Assembly: GCA_046347315.1 (NCBI GenBank)
Contig: JAXMGJ010000008.1
Span: forward strand, 1,304 to 65,303
DNA: 64,000 nt
From: Agitococcus sp.
GTDB lineage: Bacteria; Pseudomonadota; Gammaproteobacteria; Pseudomonadales; Moraxellaceae
Direction of reading: 5' to 3'
This document shows, piece after piece, positions 31,460-41,885 of this stretch. The position numbers and the translations under genes were made by a program. How positions within the stretch are numbered: position 1 is the first letter of the stretch; the number at the start of each line of letters is the position of its first letter. The notes under the pieces were generated by a model, which worked only from the letters and a program-made list of their open reading frames with translations, did not search any database and was not told where the DNA came from.

Positions 31460-33532
31460 ATGGATAATCAGCAGCCAATTGACCTTAATAATCCAGATTT
31501 CTATATTAACCGTGAAATTAGTATTTTAGACTTTCATTTGCGCGTGTTAGAACAAGCGGTTGATATTCGCCATCCCTTGATAGAAAGACTCAATTTTTTG
31601 CTGATTTTTAGTCGCAACTTAGATGAATTTTTTGAAATTCGCGTGGCAGGTCTATTACAAAAATTATCTTTTGACCCGAGTAGTCTTTCTTTAGATGGTT
31701 CTTTAGTTGAAGAAACACTAAAAGAAATATCAGATATTTGCCATCAAGCGGTAGATAAACAATATCGAATATTAAATGAAGATTTGTTTCCAGCATTGGC
31801 TGCCGAAAATATTCGTTTTTTGAAGCGTGACGAATTAAGTGTAGAACAATCGACATGGGTAAAGCAGTATTTTAGAGAGCAAGTATTACCTGTATTAACA
31901 CCGATTAGCCTAGACCCTGCTCATCCTTTTCCTCGTTTAGTGAATAAAAGCTTGAACTTTATTGTCAGTTTAGAGGGTAAAGATGCCTTTGGCCGACAAA
32001 TATCCTTAGCAATTGTGCCCGCACCACGTTCGTTGCCGCGTGTCGTTAGATTGCCCGATGAGCTAGTACAAGGTGGTGACCAACATGTTTTATTATCAGC
32101 GATTATTCATGAACACGTATCAGAGTTATTTTCGGGCATGGTAGCAACAGGTTGTTACCAATTTCGGGTAACGCGTAATGCTGATTTAACGGTTGATGAA
32201 GATGTCGATGATTTAGCTTTAGCATTAAAAGGCGGCTTGTTTTCGCGTCGATTTGGCAAGGCAGTCCGTTTAGAAGTCGCGGATAATTGCCCTAAAAATA
32301 TCAGTGATTATTTGTTGCGGCAATTTGGCCTCAAAGAACAATCTTTATATCGTGTTAATGGGCCAGTTAATTTGGCACGTTTGTTATCAAATTTTAATCG
32401 ACCTCGTTTGCGCTATAGCCCATTTACGCCCAGTGTGCCGAGTATTTTGCAAAAATATGACAGTGTATTTGATGCGTTAAAAAAACAAGATGTGTTGTTG
32501 CATCATCCTTTTGAGTCATTTACACCTGTTATCAACTTACTACGTGAAGCTGCACGCGACCCTCAAGTATTAGCAATAAAACAAACTTTGTATCGCACTG
32601 GTGCAGATGCCGAAATTGTTAAAATATTGGCGGATGCGGCTCGTCATGGTAAAGAAGTTACGGCTGTTATTGAGTTAAGAGCACGATTTGACGAAGAATC
32701 TAATATTGAGGTAGCCAATAAGCTGCAAGAAGCAGGGGCCATCGTTGTATATGGCATTGTTGGTTATAAAACCCATGCCAAAATGATGCTCATTGTGCGT
32801 CGCGAAGAAAATAAATTGCACCGTTATGTGCATTTAGGAACAGGTAATTATCATGCGGTGACTGCAAGAATATATACCGATTATGGTTTAATGACGGCTA
32901 ATCCTGAGTTGTGTGAAGATGTCCATAAGATGTTTCAAGAGTTAACAGGCATGGGTAAAATGGCCAAACTCAAAAAGCTATTACATGCCCCCTTTACTTT
33001 ACATGCACAATTGATAGCGGCTATTGAGCATGAAACGCAATTAGCGCAAGCGGGTAAGTCTGCGCATATTATTATTAAAGTCAATGCGTTAACCGAAAAA
33101 CAATTGATACAAGCGTTATATAAAGCCTCGATGGCAGGTGTAAAAGTTGATTTGATTATTCGGTCAATTTGTTGTTTAAGACCGCAATTAGCGACTATTT
33201 CCGAAAATATTCGGGTGCGCTCGATTGTGGGACGATTTTTGGAACATACGCGTGTTTTTTGTTTTTCGAATGATGGCGACCAAAAAATTTATTGTGCCAG
33301 TGCAGATTGGATGGATAGAAACCTTTTTTCTCGCGTGGAAACCTGTTTTCCGATAGATGACCCTGTGCTCAAAAAACGCATTTATAAAGATGGTTTGCTT
33401 AATTATTTAGCCGATAACCAATTGGCGTGGGAACTACAGGCCAATGGCGTGTGGCAGCGGGTTGAGGCCAAACAAGATGAGCCAGTTCATTCAGCACAAC
33501 AGATTTTGTTAGAAAAACTGGCAAAAATATAG
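31460..33532 (+). CDS. ppk1: Polyphosphate kinase 1
   Basis: [28 protein letters not shown] and VGRFLEHTR. Confidence 0.97.
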   Translation: MDNQQPIDLNNPDFYINREISILDFHLRVLEQAVDIRHPLIERLNFLLIFSRNLDEFFEIRVAGLLQKLSFDPSSLSLDGSLVEETLKEISDICHQAVDKQYRILNEDLFPALAAENIRFLKRDELSVEQSTWVKQYFREQVLPVLTPISLDPAHPFPRLVNKSLNFIVSLEGKDAFGRQISLAIVPAPRSLPRVVRLPDELVQGGDQHVLLSAIIHEHVSELFSGMVATGCYQFRVTRNADLTVDEDVDDLALALKGGLFSRRFGKAVRLEVADNCPKNISDYLLRQFGLKEQSLYRVNGPVNLARLLSNFNRPRLRYSPFTPSVPSILQKYDSVFDALKKQDVLLHHPFESFTPVINLLREAARDPQVLAIKQTLYRTGADAEIVKILADAARHGKEVTAVIELRARFDEESNIEVANKLQEAGAIVVYGIVGYKTHAKMMLIVRREENKLHRYVHLGTGNYHAVTARIYTDYGLMTANPELCEDVHKMFQELTGMGKMAKLKKLLHAPFTLHAQLIAAIEHETQLAQAGKSAHIIIKVNALTEKQLIQALYKASMAGVKVDLIIRSICCLRPQLATISENIRVRSIVGRFLEHTRVFCFSNDGDQKIYCASADWMDRNLFSRVETCFPIDDPVLKKRIYKDGLLNYLADNQLAWELQANGVWQRVEAKQDEPVHSAQQILLEKLAKI

Positions 33533-33588
33533 CACATAGCAACCGTTGATGTTTTGTGAGCTAATTTCGATAAAATGCGTAAGTCCTG
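33533..33588 (-). mobile_element. Truncated or internally deleted MITE copy after ppk1
   Basis: The reverse complement CAGGACTTACGCATTTTATCGAAATTAGC...AACGGTTGCTATGTG matches the left end and part of the centre. Confidence 0.7.
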
Positions 33589-33717
33589 ACCTTAACCCTC
33601 TGCTCAACTAAGCTAACTTCCGCTTATATGTTGGTAGAGAGACATAAGCTCCAACTGTTTCAGATGTTAAAGCATGATGCTATATGCTTTTTGGTAACAT
33701 TTTTCTTTACTTTTGTA

Positions 33718-33736
33718 AATGATAAGTATTATCATT
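33718..33736. promoter_or_regulatory. Fur box
   Basis: AATGATAAG-T-ATTATCATT is a 9-1-9 palindrome with one mismatch to AATGATAAT-N-ATTATCATT, 28 bp upstream of the next ATG. Confidence 0.8.
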
Positions 33737-33764
33737 AGCCTTATGTTTTTTAAGGTTTTGTATT

Positions 33765-34877
33765 ATGCGTTTAATTATCTGTTTGTTGGGCAGTGTGTTT
33801 TTAACCGCCTGTTTATCAGAGCAGCAAAATAATACCGCGACGAGTTCAGTTAATAATGCCAATCTCTCACAAATAATCACTTTAGGTGACAAACTTTTTC
33901 ATGATGTTTCTTTGTCGAGTCAAGGTAATCAAGCTTGTGCTTCTTGTCACAATGTCAATCAGGCTTTTTCAGATGCCGATCAAACAATGCCTGTGTCTAA
34001 AGGCTCTGAAGTAGGGCAGTTTGGTACACGTAATACACCTGCTGCCAGTTATACCCGTTTTATTCCAGATCTTCATCAAGAACAAGAAGATGGCGAAACC
34101 TTGTGGAAAGGTGGTTTGTTTTTAGATGGCCGCGTCAATAGTTTAGAAGAACAAGCCCAAAAGCCGTTTTTAAATCCTGCCGAAATGAATAATAAAGATG
34201 CTGCGGATGTTGTTGCCAAACTACGTGCCAGTACCAATGCCAATTTATTCCGTGAGGTGTTTGGCAGTGATGCTTTAGATATTGGCAAAGAAGATCAAGC
34301 ATTTGGTCAAATGGCACAAGCCATTGCCGCTTTTGAACGCACACCTGTTTTTAGCCCATTTAGCTCAAAGTTTGATTTTTATTTACAGGGCAAAGCGCAA
34401 TTCACCACCTTAGAGTTGCAAGGCATGAGTTTATTTATTCGTGCAGATAAAGGCAATTGTGCTGCTTGTCATCCTGTCACGGCCAGTGCCGATGGAACAC
34501 CTGCATTATTCACCGATTTTAGTTATGACAATATTGGTGTACCACGTCATCCAAACCGTCAATTTTTTACAGAAAATTTTGTTGATGAGGGTTTAGCTAA
34601 AACCACCAATGATCCCACGTTACGTGGCCAATTCCGTGTCGCGACACTACGTAATATCGCTAAAACGGCACCCTATATGCACAATGGTCGTTTTGACAAC
34701 TTACGTGAGGTGGTTGAGTTTTATAACACGCGTGATGTTGAGCATCAACGTTGGGGTGAACCTGAAGTACCTGAAACAGTGAATCGTGATGAGCTAGGGA
34801 ATTTGCGTCTAACTGACCGAGAAATTGATGCGATTGTTGCCTTTTTAAATACTTTATCTGATGGTTATCAGCCTTAA
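33765..34877 (+). CDS. Di-heme cytochrome c peroxidase/MauG family lipoprotein
   Basis: Lipobox LTAC, two CxxCH motifs (CASCH, CAACH), RNTP, LRNIAKTAPYMHNG and VVEFYNTRD. Confidence 0.9.
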   Translation: MRLIICLLGSVFLTACLSEQQNNTATSSVNNANLSQIITLGDKLFHDVSLSSQGNQACASCHNVNQAFSDADQTMPVSKGSEVGQFGTRNTPAASYTRFIPDLHQEQEDGETLWKGGLFLDGRVNSLEEQAQKPFLNPAEMNNKDAADVVAKLRASTNANLFREVFGSDALDIGKEDQAFGQMAQAIAAFERTPVFSPFSSKFDFYLQGKAQFTTLELQGMSLFIRADKGNCAACHPVTASADGTPALFTDFSYDNIGVPRHPNRQFFTENFVDEGLAKTTNDPTLRGQFRVATLRNIAKTAPYMHNGRFDNLREVVEFYNTRDVEHQRWGEPEVPETVNRDELGNLRLTDREIDAIVAFLNTLSDGYQP

Positions 34878-34894
34878 AAATCTTGGAGTTTATT

Positions 34895-36061
34895 ATGTTT
34901 CGTCCCTTATTAACGGCATTAACTGTAGCCATCTTTGCTAGTCATAGTTATGCAGAGTCTTTAGACGATTTACGTGCTGAGTTAGCTAAACAAAAAGCGC
35001 AAATTGCTGCACAACAAAGTCAATTAGAAGCATTAGCAACGGCTGTTGAAAACCAAAAAGCGACTGCAAGCAATAGTGCAACGACGGTCGGTTTTTATGG
35101 CGAAGTGCATTACAACAGCTTTAAAGAACCTGATCCTGCCATTGGTAAAAATAATGTTCATGCCCATCGTGCAGTGATTTTATTAAGCCATGCCTTTAAT
35201 GATAATTTACGTTTTTATAGTGAAATTGAGTTTGAGGGAGCAGCAGACGAAACTGAAATTGAAACAGAATTAGAGCAATTATTTATTGATTGGCGTGTAC
35301 ATCCAAAATTAGCGTTAAATATTGGTCAGTTTTTATTACCTGTCGGTTTATTAAATGAAAGCCATGAACCTAATGTGTTTTATGGTGTTGAGCGTAACCC
35401 TGTTGAAGAGAAAATTATTCCTGCAACATGGTGGGAAAAAGGTGTGATGGTGCGTGCTGTACCTGCTGAAGGCTTAGCGGTGGATGTGGCTGTGCATAAT
35501 GGTTTGCGTGGTGATATTAATACCTTGGGTGGGGCAGATGGTTTGCGTGAGTTCCGTCAAGAGTTTGGTGGTTCACGTGCCGAAGATTTAGCCTATACCT
35601 TGCGGGTAAAATACCAAGTGATTAATGGCTTAGAATTGGCGGCTAGTTTTCAACAACAAGAAAATATTACCCAAAGTCATGATTTAGTCGTTGGTGGCAA
35701 AGCATCAGCACAGTTAATGACAGCGCACGTTGATTATCATTGGCAAGGTTTGGGTTTGCGTGTGTTGGGTGCGCAATGGGATATTGATAATGCTGTTGCT
35801 AAAGCGACTGGTGCTGACAAATTAGCAGGCTTTTATGTTGAGCCATCATGGAAAGTGACTGATAAAATTGGCGTTTTTGCACGATATAATCAATGGAATA
35901 CGGCTGCTAATCAGGTGGGTAAAAGTGATGATGAGCAGTTAAATGTTGGCGTAAATTATTGGATTGATCCGCGTGTTGTCTTAAAAGCGGATATTCAAAA
36001 TACCAACCAAAAAAATAAAGCAGGTGATGGTTTTAATTTAGGGATTGGTTTGAGCTTTTAA
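34895..36061 (+). CDS. Outer-membrane beta-barrel porin with N-terminal coiled coil
   Basis: Signal peptide, coiled coil, then GFYGEVHYN and NESHEPNVFYGVERNPVE, ending in amphipathic GLSF. Start moved to ATG 34895 after GGAG. Confidence 0.8.
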   Translation: MFRPLLTALTVAIFASHSYAESLDDLRAELAKQKAQIAAQQSQLEALATAVENQKATASNSATTVGFYGEVHYNSFKEPDPAIGKNNVHAHRAVILLSHAFNDNLRFYSEIEFEGAADETEIETELEQLFIDWRVHPKLALNIGQFLLPVGLLNESHEPNVFYGVERNPVEEKIIPATWWEKGVMVRAVPAEGLAVDVAVHNGLRGDINTLGGADGLREFRQEFGGSRAEDLAYTLRVKYQVINGLELAASFQQQENITQSHDLVVGGKASAQLMTAHVDYHWQGLGLRVLGAQWDIDNAVAKATGADKLAGFYVEPSWKVTDKIGVFARYNQWNTAANQVGKSDDEQLNVGVNYWIDPRVVLKADIQNTNQKNKAGDGFNLGIGLSF

Positions 36062-36066
36062 GAGCT

Positions 36067-36167
36067 CAGGACTTACGCATTTCACCGAAATTAGCGCGTT
36101 TTGTGAACATAAAACCGTTAGAAACGGTTGAAATGTGAACAAATAAGCGATAACCGCGTAAGTCCTA
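36067..36167 (+). mobile_element. MITE, full-length 101-bp copy with 4-bp flanking duplication AGCT
   Basis: Ends CAGGACTTACGC / GCGTAAGTCCTA. AGCT at 36063-36066 and 36168-36171. Confidence 0.88.
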
Positions 36168-36209
36168 AGCTAAGTGACCCGTGTGAAGTGTAAGGTAACA
36201 CGGGTTAAA

Positions 36210-36253
36210 TTATAAAAAACAAATGGTTATGTTTTTAAAATATTTTTTATAAC
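36210..36253. repeat. 44-bp direct repeat, copy 1 (self-palindromic)
   Basis: TTATAAAAAACAAATGGTTATGTTTTTAAAATATTTTTTATAAC, 36/44 identical to 37201-37244. Confidence 0.8.
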
Positions 36254-36276
36254 ACAACGATACTATTGATGAATCA

Positions 36277-37143
36277 TCATCTTTTCTCCTTTATAGGGGC
36301 TTTAAAACTTAACACTAATTTTTTAACAGCAGTTTGTATATCTTGCCATTTGGCTAATTCTTCTCGTCTGTACATTACATCAATTCTAACTTGTAAATCA
36401 TCGGACAAATCAAACCATTGCTGGCACAATGCCTGACCAATTTTAGTGTGGTTGCAACTGATATAGGTTTCTACTTTATGCGTGGTAGGATGACGATAGA
36501 CATAGATATCTGGTGAGTCATTGTCATATTTTTTAATAGATACGACTGGGTCTTTGCCGTCTTTACGGTCAAACACATACCTTTCTTCTTGACCTTTTTC
36601 TATGTGAATTCTGTAGGCCTCTAAACCAAATTCGTTTTGGGGTACGCGTTTATAATTACTCCAAGGCAACTCAGGATTATAATGCTCCAATGCCTTAGCA
36701 CGATTCTCTAGCCCTTGATGACCACCATCAAAGGTACTCCATGCATTAATGCCCACTGATATCCAAGGCGTGTTATAAATGGTATAACTACGCCGATTTT
36801 TATACATTTCATCATTAATTAGCCCCGCCATATCGGGATAACGCACATCAAAACCAAAACTGGTTATTTTTGATTGGTAATTGCGCGTAGGCTTAGGCTC
36901 TGAACGTTTTTCTCCCCAAGTCGGGTCACCCTCATACTCCAAATAATTAGCAAAATAATAGGGAATCCGTACAGGCATACCTCCCATATCGCCTATTGCA
37001 TCTTTTGTAGCATATTGTGTTACAGCCATTTCTGGCGGTTGAAAACCATATAAGGAAAATGCCAAGTTACAGACAACAAATAAAATCCAACATAATGTGA
37101 CTAACAATACAACTATTATTATCTTTTTTATCAGTTTAAACAT
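36277..37143 (-). CDS. Hypothetical membrane-anchored periplasmic protein (possible orphan immunity protein)
   Basis: Single N-terminal TM helix, AT-rich, with a Cys pair near the C-terminus. The immunity role is recollection and inference only. Confidence 0.6.
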   Translation of the reverse strand: MFKLIKKIIIVVLLVTLCWILFVVCNLAFSLYGFQPPEMAVTQYATKDAIGDMGGMPVRIPYYFANYLEYEGDPTWGEKRSEPKPTRNYQSKITSFGFDVRYPDMAGLINDEMYKNRRSYTIYNTPWISVGINAWSTFDGGHQGLENRAKALEHYNPELPWSNYKRVPQNEFGLEAYRIHIEKGQEERYVFDRKDGKDPVVSIKKYDNDSPDIYVYRHPTTHKVETYISCNHTKIGQALCQQWFDLSDDLQVRIDVMYRREELAKWQDIQTAVKKLVLSFKAPIKEKR

Positions 37144-37200
37144 ATTGTTCAAGCATCAACTACACACAACAAGATTATTCACATCAGATAAGGGATAAGT

Positions 37201-37244
37201 TTATAAAAAACAATGAGTTGTGTTTTTGTACAATTTTTTATAAC
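37201..37244. repeat. 44-bp direct repeat, copy 2 (self-palindromic)
   Basis: TTATAAAAAACAATGAGTTGTGTTTTTGTACAATTTTTTATAAC. Confidence 0.8.
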
Positions 37245-37262
37245 CCTATCATACTTACTGAG

Positions 37263-37340
37263 TTGGTTTCGACCCTTCGGCTTCGCTCAGTAACCACCGC
37301 TCAACCAATGCAAAAATGCACCCTGAGCGGAGTCGAAGGG
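37263..37340. repeat. REP-like palindromic element pair (CTTCGACTCCGCTCAG type)
   Basis: CCCTTCGGCTTCGCTCAG (37273-37290) is inverted against CTGAGCGGAGTCGAAGGG (37323-37340), nested with TTGGTTTCGA...CGCTCAACCAA. Confidence 0.65.
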
Positions 37341-37343
37341 GTA

Positions 37344-38219
37344 TTACGCCAAAAACAAATTAATCACATCAGCGACGGCAACGGGGTCTTCTAATTGTGG
37401 ATAATGGCCTAAATGAGGCAACCACTGTAATTTTGCAGTGGGAATTTGAGAGGCTAACTTTTCAGCAATAGCAGCAACAGCCACAGGATCTTTTTGTCCC
37501 CACAAAATAAGTACAGGAATATCCAAACGGGTTAATGGCGGCAACCAACGATGAGCAAAACGATAACGCTCGTCAATATAACTAATGGTTTGTGCTAAAC
37601 GTTCTTTGCCTTGCTTATAAACCAAACTCGCCCACATCATTTCTAGTTCTTGTTTGCTAATCTTTTGGGCTAAGATTTTTTGTAGTTGCAGCATAAAAAT
37701 CGGCTTGAGCGAAATTTTGGCAAAAAACTCCGCAAAGGGCGAACGCAACAGTTTTTGAGAGGGCGTAAGTTGCGCTAAATCAATATAAACGCTGCCATTC
37801 ATCAGTAATACCGATTGCACGTTAAAACCCAATAATTTGCGCTCACGGCGGGCTAATAATTCACAAGTGACACTCGTTCCCATATCATGGGCAATGATTT
37901 TTACCCGTTTAATACCTAATTGTTTCAGCAACAACTCAACAATGTCAGCCTGTTCCATTAAGGAATAACTGTGTTGATCGGGTTTGTCAGAGAGGCCAAA
38001 GCCCAAAAAGTCCAAGCACACAATGCGCTTTTCATCGCCTAAAAGCGGAATCAAAGCGTGCCAATCGTAAGAGCTGGACGGAAAGCCGTGCAGCAATAAA
38101 ATAGCCTCTGTTTGTGTTGTGCCACTATCCCGATAAAAAATATTGTAGCCAACCAATGCGGTATAGTGGCCTTGTTGTTGCCATTGTTGCAGTGGTTTGG
38201 GAAGTATTTGTGACATCAT
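37344..38219 (-). CDS. Alpha/beta hydrolase (epoxide hydrolase/MEST-like)
   Basis: LLHGFPSSSYDW, DFLGFGLSDKP, nucleophile AHDMG and GHYPQLEDP. Start moved to 38219 after AAGGA. Confidence 0.85.
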   Translation of the reverse strand: MMSQILPKPLQQWQQQGHYTALVGYNIFYRDSGTTQTEAILLLHGFPSSSYDWHALIPLLGDEKRIVCLDFLGFGLSDKPDQHSYSLMEQADIVELLLKQLGIKRVKIIAHDMGTSVTCELLARRERKLLGFNVQSVLLMNGSVYIDLAQLTPSQKLLRSPFAEFFAKISLKPIFMLQLQKILAQKISKQELEMMWASLVYKQGKERLAQTISYIDERYRFAHRWLPPLTRLDIPVLILWGQKDPVAVAAIAEKLASQIPTAKLQWLPHLGHYPQLEDPVAVADVINLFLA

Positions 38220-38230
38220 CTGTTCCTTGT

Positions 38231-39745
38231 TTAAGACACTAATAACTGAATATCCCATGAGCTTAAATACTCTTTTTCACCTTCTAAGTCAGCACTGGTG
38301 AGCGGGTGATTGATTAGCCAGTCTTGAGGAAATTGCAAAATAAAATGTGAGCCATCGCTGCTTAGCTTCAACTCAGGTAAGGGTATTGGACTACGACTAT
38401 GATGAACAAGAGCTGCCAGACGCAATAACACAGCACAATAAAATAAAGATAGTCCGCCACTTTTAATCAGTTGTAGCTTTTGTTCGGCACGAATTTTGCG
38501 CCGATGACAAGTTACTAATAATGATAGTTTTTCTTGGTCGGCTTGAGAAAAACCAGCGACATCAGAATACTGCAATAAATAAGCCCCATGTTTATGATAG
38601 CTACTATGAGAAATTGCTAAGCCAATTTCATGCAGTAGCGCGGCACGACGCAATAAATCTTGGTCTTCATCGTCTAAATTTAGAATACCTTGAGTTTGCT
38701 GAAAAAAAATTTCGGTTGTTTGTGCAACACGTTGTGCTTGAGTGATATCGACATGATAACGCGCCATTAAGGCATTGGCACTGCGGTCACGAATATCCTC
38801 ATGGCTGAGTCTGCCTAACATATCGTGCAGTACACCTTCTCGTAATGCTCCGTCAGAATAGGTCATGGAATGTAACTCAAGCTCATCAAAAACCGCCTGA
38901 ATAATGGCAAAACCTGCGGGTAAAATAGCGCGTCTATCATCTTTTAGACCAGCAATTTGTAATTCACTGACATGTTTATAACTTAAAATTTTGTCACGGA
39001 CTTGTTGCAGTCCTTCGCGTGTAATCAAACCTTCGTTGTTGCTCCAACCATTTTGTAGCATAATTTGACGGGCGGCTTTTATAGTGCCACTAGAGCCAAC
39101 TACCGATTGCCAACCTAAGCTTTTGTACGCATTACTCAATACCATGACTTCTTGACGTGCTGCCATAATTGCTTTGTTTAAAGCTTTGGCACTAATGCTA
39201 CCGTCTGCAAAAAAGCGTTGGGTATAAGCCACACAGCCCATTTGTAAGGATTCGGTCGCTAAAGGCTCAAAATTTTCGCCAATAATAAATTCGGTAGAAC
39301 CGCCACCAATATCCACCACCAAACGTCGTCCTGCATCGGCTAAGGTTTGTGAGACGCCTAAATAAATTAACCGCGCTTCTTCACGACCCGCCACAATTTC
39401 AATGCGTTTTTTTAAAATATGTTCAGCTTGCTCGATAAATAAACTGGCATTATTGGCTTGACGTAGGGCATTCGTGGCAACAATACGCAAGCGTTTGAGG
39501 GGAATAGCTTGCAAGCGTTGGGCAAAACGTGCCAAACAAGCCAAAGCACGTTCTTGGGCTTCGTGGCTTAGGTTATTATCTTTGTCAAAACCAGCACCTA
39601 ACTGCACTTTATCAGACAGGCTATCAATACGACGCACTTCGCCATGATCTAAGCGGGCAATCGCTAAATGAAAGCTATTAGAGCCTAGGTCGATGGCCGC
39701 CAACAAGCTACCATCGGATAAATGCGGATTCATTGTCAAACTCAC
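38231..39745 (-). CDS. ppx: Exopolyphosphatase (Ppx/GppA)
   Basis: AAIDLGSNSFH, GREEARLIY, DIGGGSTE and ALREG, with an HD-like C-terminal domain. Confidence 0.95.
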   Translation of the reverse strand: MSLTMNPHLSDGSLLAAIDLGSNSFHLAIARLDHGEVRRIDSLSDKVQLGAGFDKDNNLSHEAQERALACLARFAQRLQAIPLKRLRIVATNALRQANNASLFIEQAEHILKKRIEIVAGREEARLIYLGVSQTLADAGRRLVVDIGGGSTEFIIGENFEPLATESLQMGCVAYTQRFFADGSISAKALNKAIMAARQEVMVLSNAYKSLGWQSVVGSSGTIKAARQIMLQNGWSNNEGLITREGLQQVRDKILSYKHVSELQIAGLKDDRRAILPAGFAIIQAVFDELELHSMTYSDGALREGVLHDMLGRLSHEDIRDRSANALMARYHVDITQAQRVAQTTEIFFQQTQGILNLDDEDQDLLRRAALLHEIGLAISHSSYHKHGAYLLQYSDVAGFSQADQEKLSLLVTCHRRKIRAEQKLQLIKSGGLSLFYCAVLLRLAALVHHSRSPIPLPELKLSSDGSHFILQFPQDWLINHPLTSADLEGEKEYLSSWDIQLLVS

Positions 39746-40066
39746 CTTGGATAATTGTCATAAGCGGACACAAATCAACGACTCTGTCCTATGGTTCTTG
39801 TCAAAAAAGCTCTTATACTATGCCTGATTTGTGACTAATTTGCGTCAAAAAACACGTTTTTTTGTAGTATGCATTGAAAAACGTCTCTTTGCGCCCCATA
39901 AAGATGGGTATTAAGTTTTTAAATCATATAGCAGTTTTGACTCTAAAAATATAGAACTTAGATAATCTGCCAATGGCGTTTTATTGAGCATTGGTGACAA
40001 AGGCTGTTAAGTTCTAAATCGTTTACAAAGCTGTTATGATTGCCCTTTATTTTTTTGGAGAAGCTC

Positions 40067-40396
40067 ATGGCTAGCCCGTTAATTGTAAATACAACTGATG
40101 CTCAATTTGAAGAAGAAGTGCTAAATGCCGATAGTTTGGTTTTGGTTGATTATTGGGCACCGTGGTGTGGGCCTTGCAAAATGATTGCCCCAATTTTAGA
40201 TGATTTGGCGGGTGAATATGAAGGCAAGGTTAAAATTGTTAAGGTCAATGTCGATGAAAATCCCGCAACTGCTCAAAAATTCGGCGTAAAAGGTATTCCA
40301 ACCCTCAGTTTATTCAAAGGTGGCCAAGTTGTAGCAACAAAAGTCGGTGCTTTGGCAAAATCTCAATTGACAGCGTTCTTAGATTCCAATATATAA
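40067..40396 (+). CDS. trxA: Thioredoxin
   Basis: WCGPC motif, upstream of rho. Start moved to ATG 40067 after GGAG. Confidence 0.97.
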   Translation: MASPLIVNTTDAQFEEEVLNADSLVLVDYWAPWCGPCKMIAPILDDLAGEYEGKVKIVKVNVDENPATAQKFGVKGIPTLSLFKGGQVVATKVGALAKSQLTAFLDSNI

Positions 40397-40579
40397 TATA
40401 CACCCGAGGCGGTCATGATTTCCTAATAGGCCGCCTTTCGTCCAGCGCAAGCCGCCCTGATAGGCAAATCACATTACAATTCTTGCCTACAGCGCAACTG
40501 ATATTCCCTAGCCATTTACGTATTAGTTGATGAAAGCGGTATGCGAGCATTTTCGCATTCTCTCTTTTGCAGCATTCTT

Positions 40580-41845
40580 ATGAACCTGACCGAACTCAAA
40601 AAGAAACCTATCGCCGAATTAGTCAAAATTGCCGAGTCTATGCATTTAGACAATATGGCTCGTAATCGTAAACAAGATGTAATTTTTGCCATTCTAAAAC
40701 GTCACGCCATGAACGGCGAAGAAATTTATGGTGATGGTGTTCTTGAGATTTTGAGTGATGGCTTTGGTTTTTTACGCTCATCCGAAGGATCTTATTTGGC
40801 GGGGCCTGATGATATTTATGTCAGTCCTTCACAAATACGCCGTTTTAACCTCAGGACTGGCGACACAATTGCTGGCACAATTCGTCCACCCAAAGAAGGG
40901 GAGCGTTATTTTGCCTTATTAAAAGTTAATCATATTAACTATGATTCTCCTGAAAATGCCCGTAATAAGATTTTATTTGAAAACTTAACGCCATTGTTTC
41001 CAACAGAGCGTTTAGTGCTTGAGTTAGGTAATGGTTCTACCGAAGATTTGACGGCGCGTGTCATCGATTTGGTGGCACCTGTCGGTAAAGGTCAACGTTC
41101 GTTGATTGTTGCACCTCCAAAGGCTGGTAAAACCATTCTGTTGCAAAATATTGCTCACTCTATTGCCCGTAATAATCCCGAAGTTCATTTGATTGTGCTA
41201 TTGATTGATGAGCGTCCCGAAGAAGTGACCGAGATGATTCGTACCGTGCGCGGAGAAGTGGTTGCCTCAACCTTTGATGAACCCCCAGCGCGTCACGTTC
41301 AAGTAGCTGAAATGGTCATTGAAAAAGCTAAACGTTTGGTTGAACATAAAAAAGACGTTGTTATTCTATTAGATTCGATTACTCGTTTGGCGCGTGCCTA
41401 TAACACCGTCATTCCCTCATCGGGTAAAGTGTTAACAGGTGGTGTGGATGCCCATGCTTTAGAGCGTCCCAAACGCTTCTTTGGTGCCGCTCGTGCGATT
41501 GAAGAGGGGGGCTCATTAACCATTATTGCCACCGCCTTGATTGAAACAGGTTCTAAAATGGATGAAGTTATCTTTGAAGAGTTCAAAGGTACAGGTAACC
41601 ATGAGGTACATTTAGACCGTCGTATTGCTGAAAAACGTGTATTCCCATCAATCAACATTAAGAAATCTGGTACGCGTCGTGAAGAACGCTTGATGGCCGA
41701 TGATGAATTGAAGAAGGTATGGATATTACGCAAAATCTTACATCCAATGGATGAGATTGCGGCGATTGAATTCTTGTTGGATAAGATGAAAGATACTAAG
41801 ACCAATGATGATTTCTTTGAAGCAATGAAGCGTAAGGCTCAGTGA
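40580..41845 (+). CDS. rho: Transcription termination factor Rho
   Basis: [22 protein letters not shown] and [11 protein letters not shown]. Start moved to 40580. Confidence 0.99.
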   Translation: MNLTELKKKPIAELVKIAESMHLDNMARNRKQDVIFAILKRHAMNGEEIYGDGVLEILSDGFGFLRSSEGSYLAGPDDIYVSPSQIRRFNLRTGDTIAGTIRPPKEGERYFALLKVNHINYDSPENARNKILFENLTPLFPTERLVLELGNGSTEDLTARVIDLVAPVGKGQRSLIVAPPKAGKTILLQNIAHSIARNNPEVHLIVLLIDERPEEVTEMIRTVRGEVVASTFDEPPARHVQVAEMVIEKAKRLVEHKKDVVILLDSITRLARAYNTVIPSSGKVLTGGVDAHALERPKRFFGAARAIEEGGSLTIIATALIETGSKMDEVIFEEFKGTGNHEVHLDRRIAEKRVFPSINIKKSGTRREERLMADDELKKVWILRKILHPMDEIAAIEFLLDKMKDTKTNDDFFEAMKRKAQ

Positions 41846-41880
41846 CCCCACTCTAACCCGCCCTTAAATTAAGGGAGGGA
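41846..41880. repeat. REP-like palindrome (CCCTCCCC...GGGGAGGG type)
   Basis: CCCCACTCTAA followed by the stem CCCGCCCTTAA / TTAAGGGAGGG. Confidence 0.5.
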
Positions 41881-41885
41881 ACAAC

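Noticed and set aside
36210-36253. Possible XerC/D dif or pdif site (TTATGTT half-site)
   Set aside because: Only part of the XerD arm matches, there is no XerC arm at 6-bp spacing, and the second repeat copy has TTGTGTT. Kept as an unexplained repeat instead.
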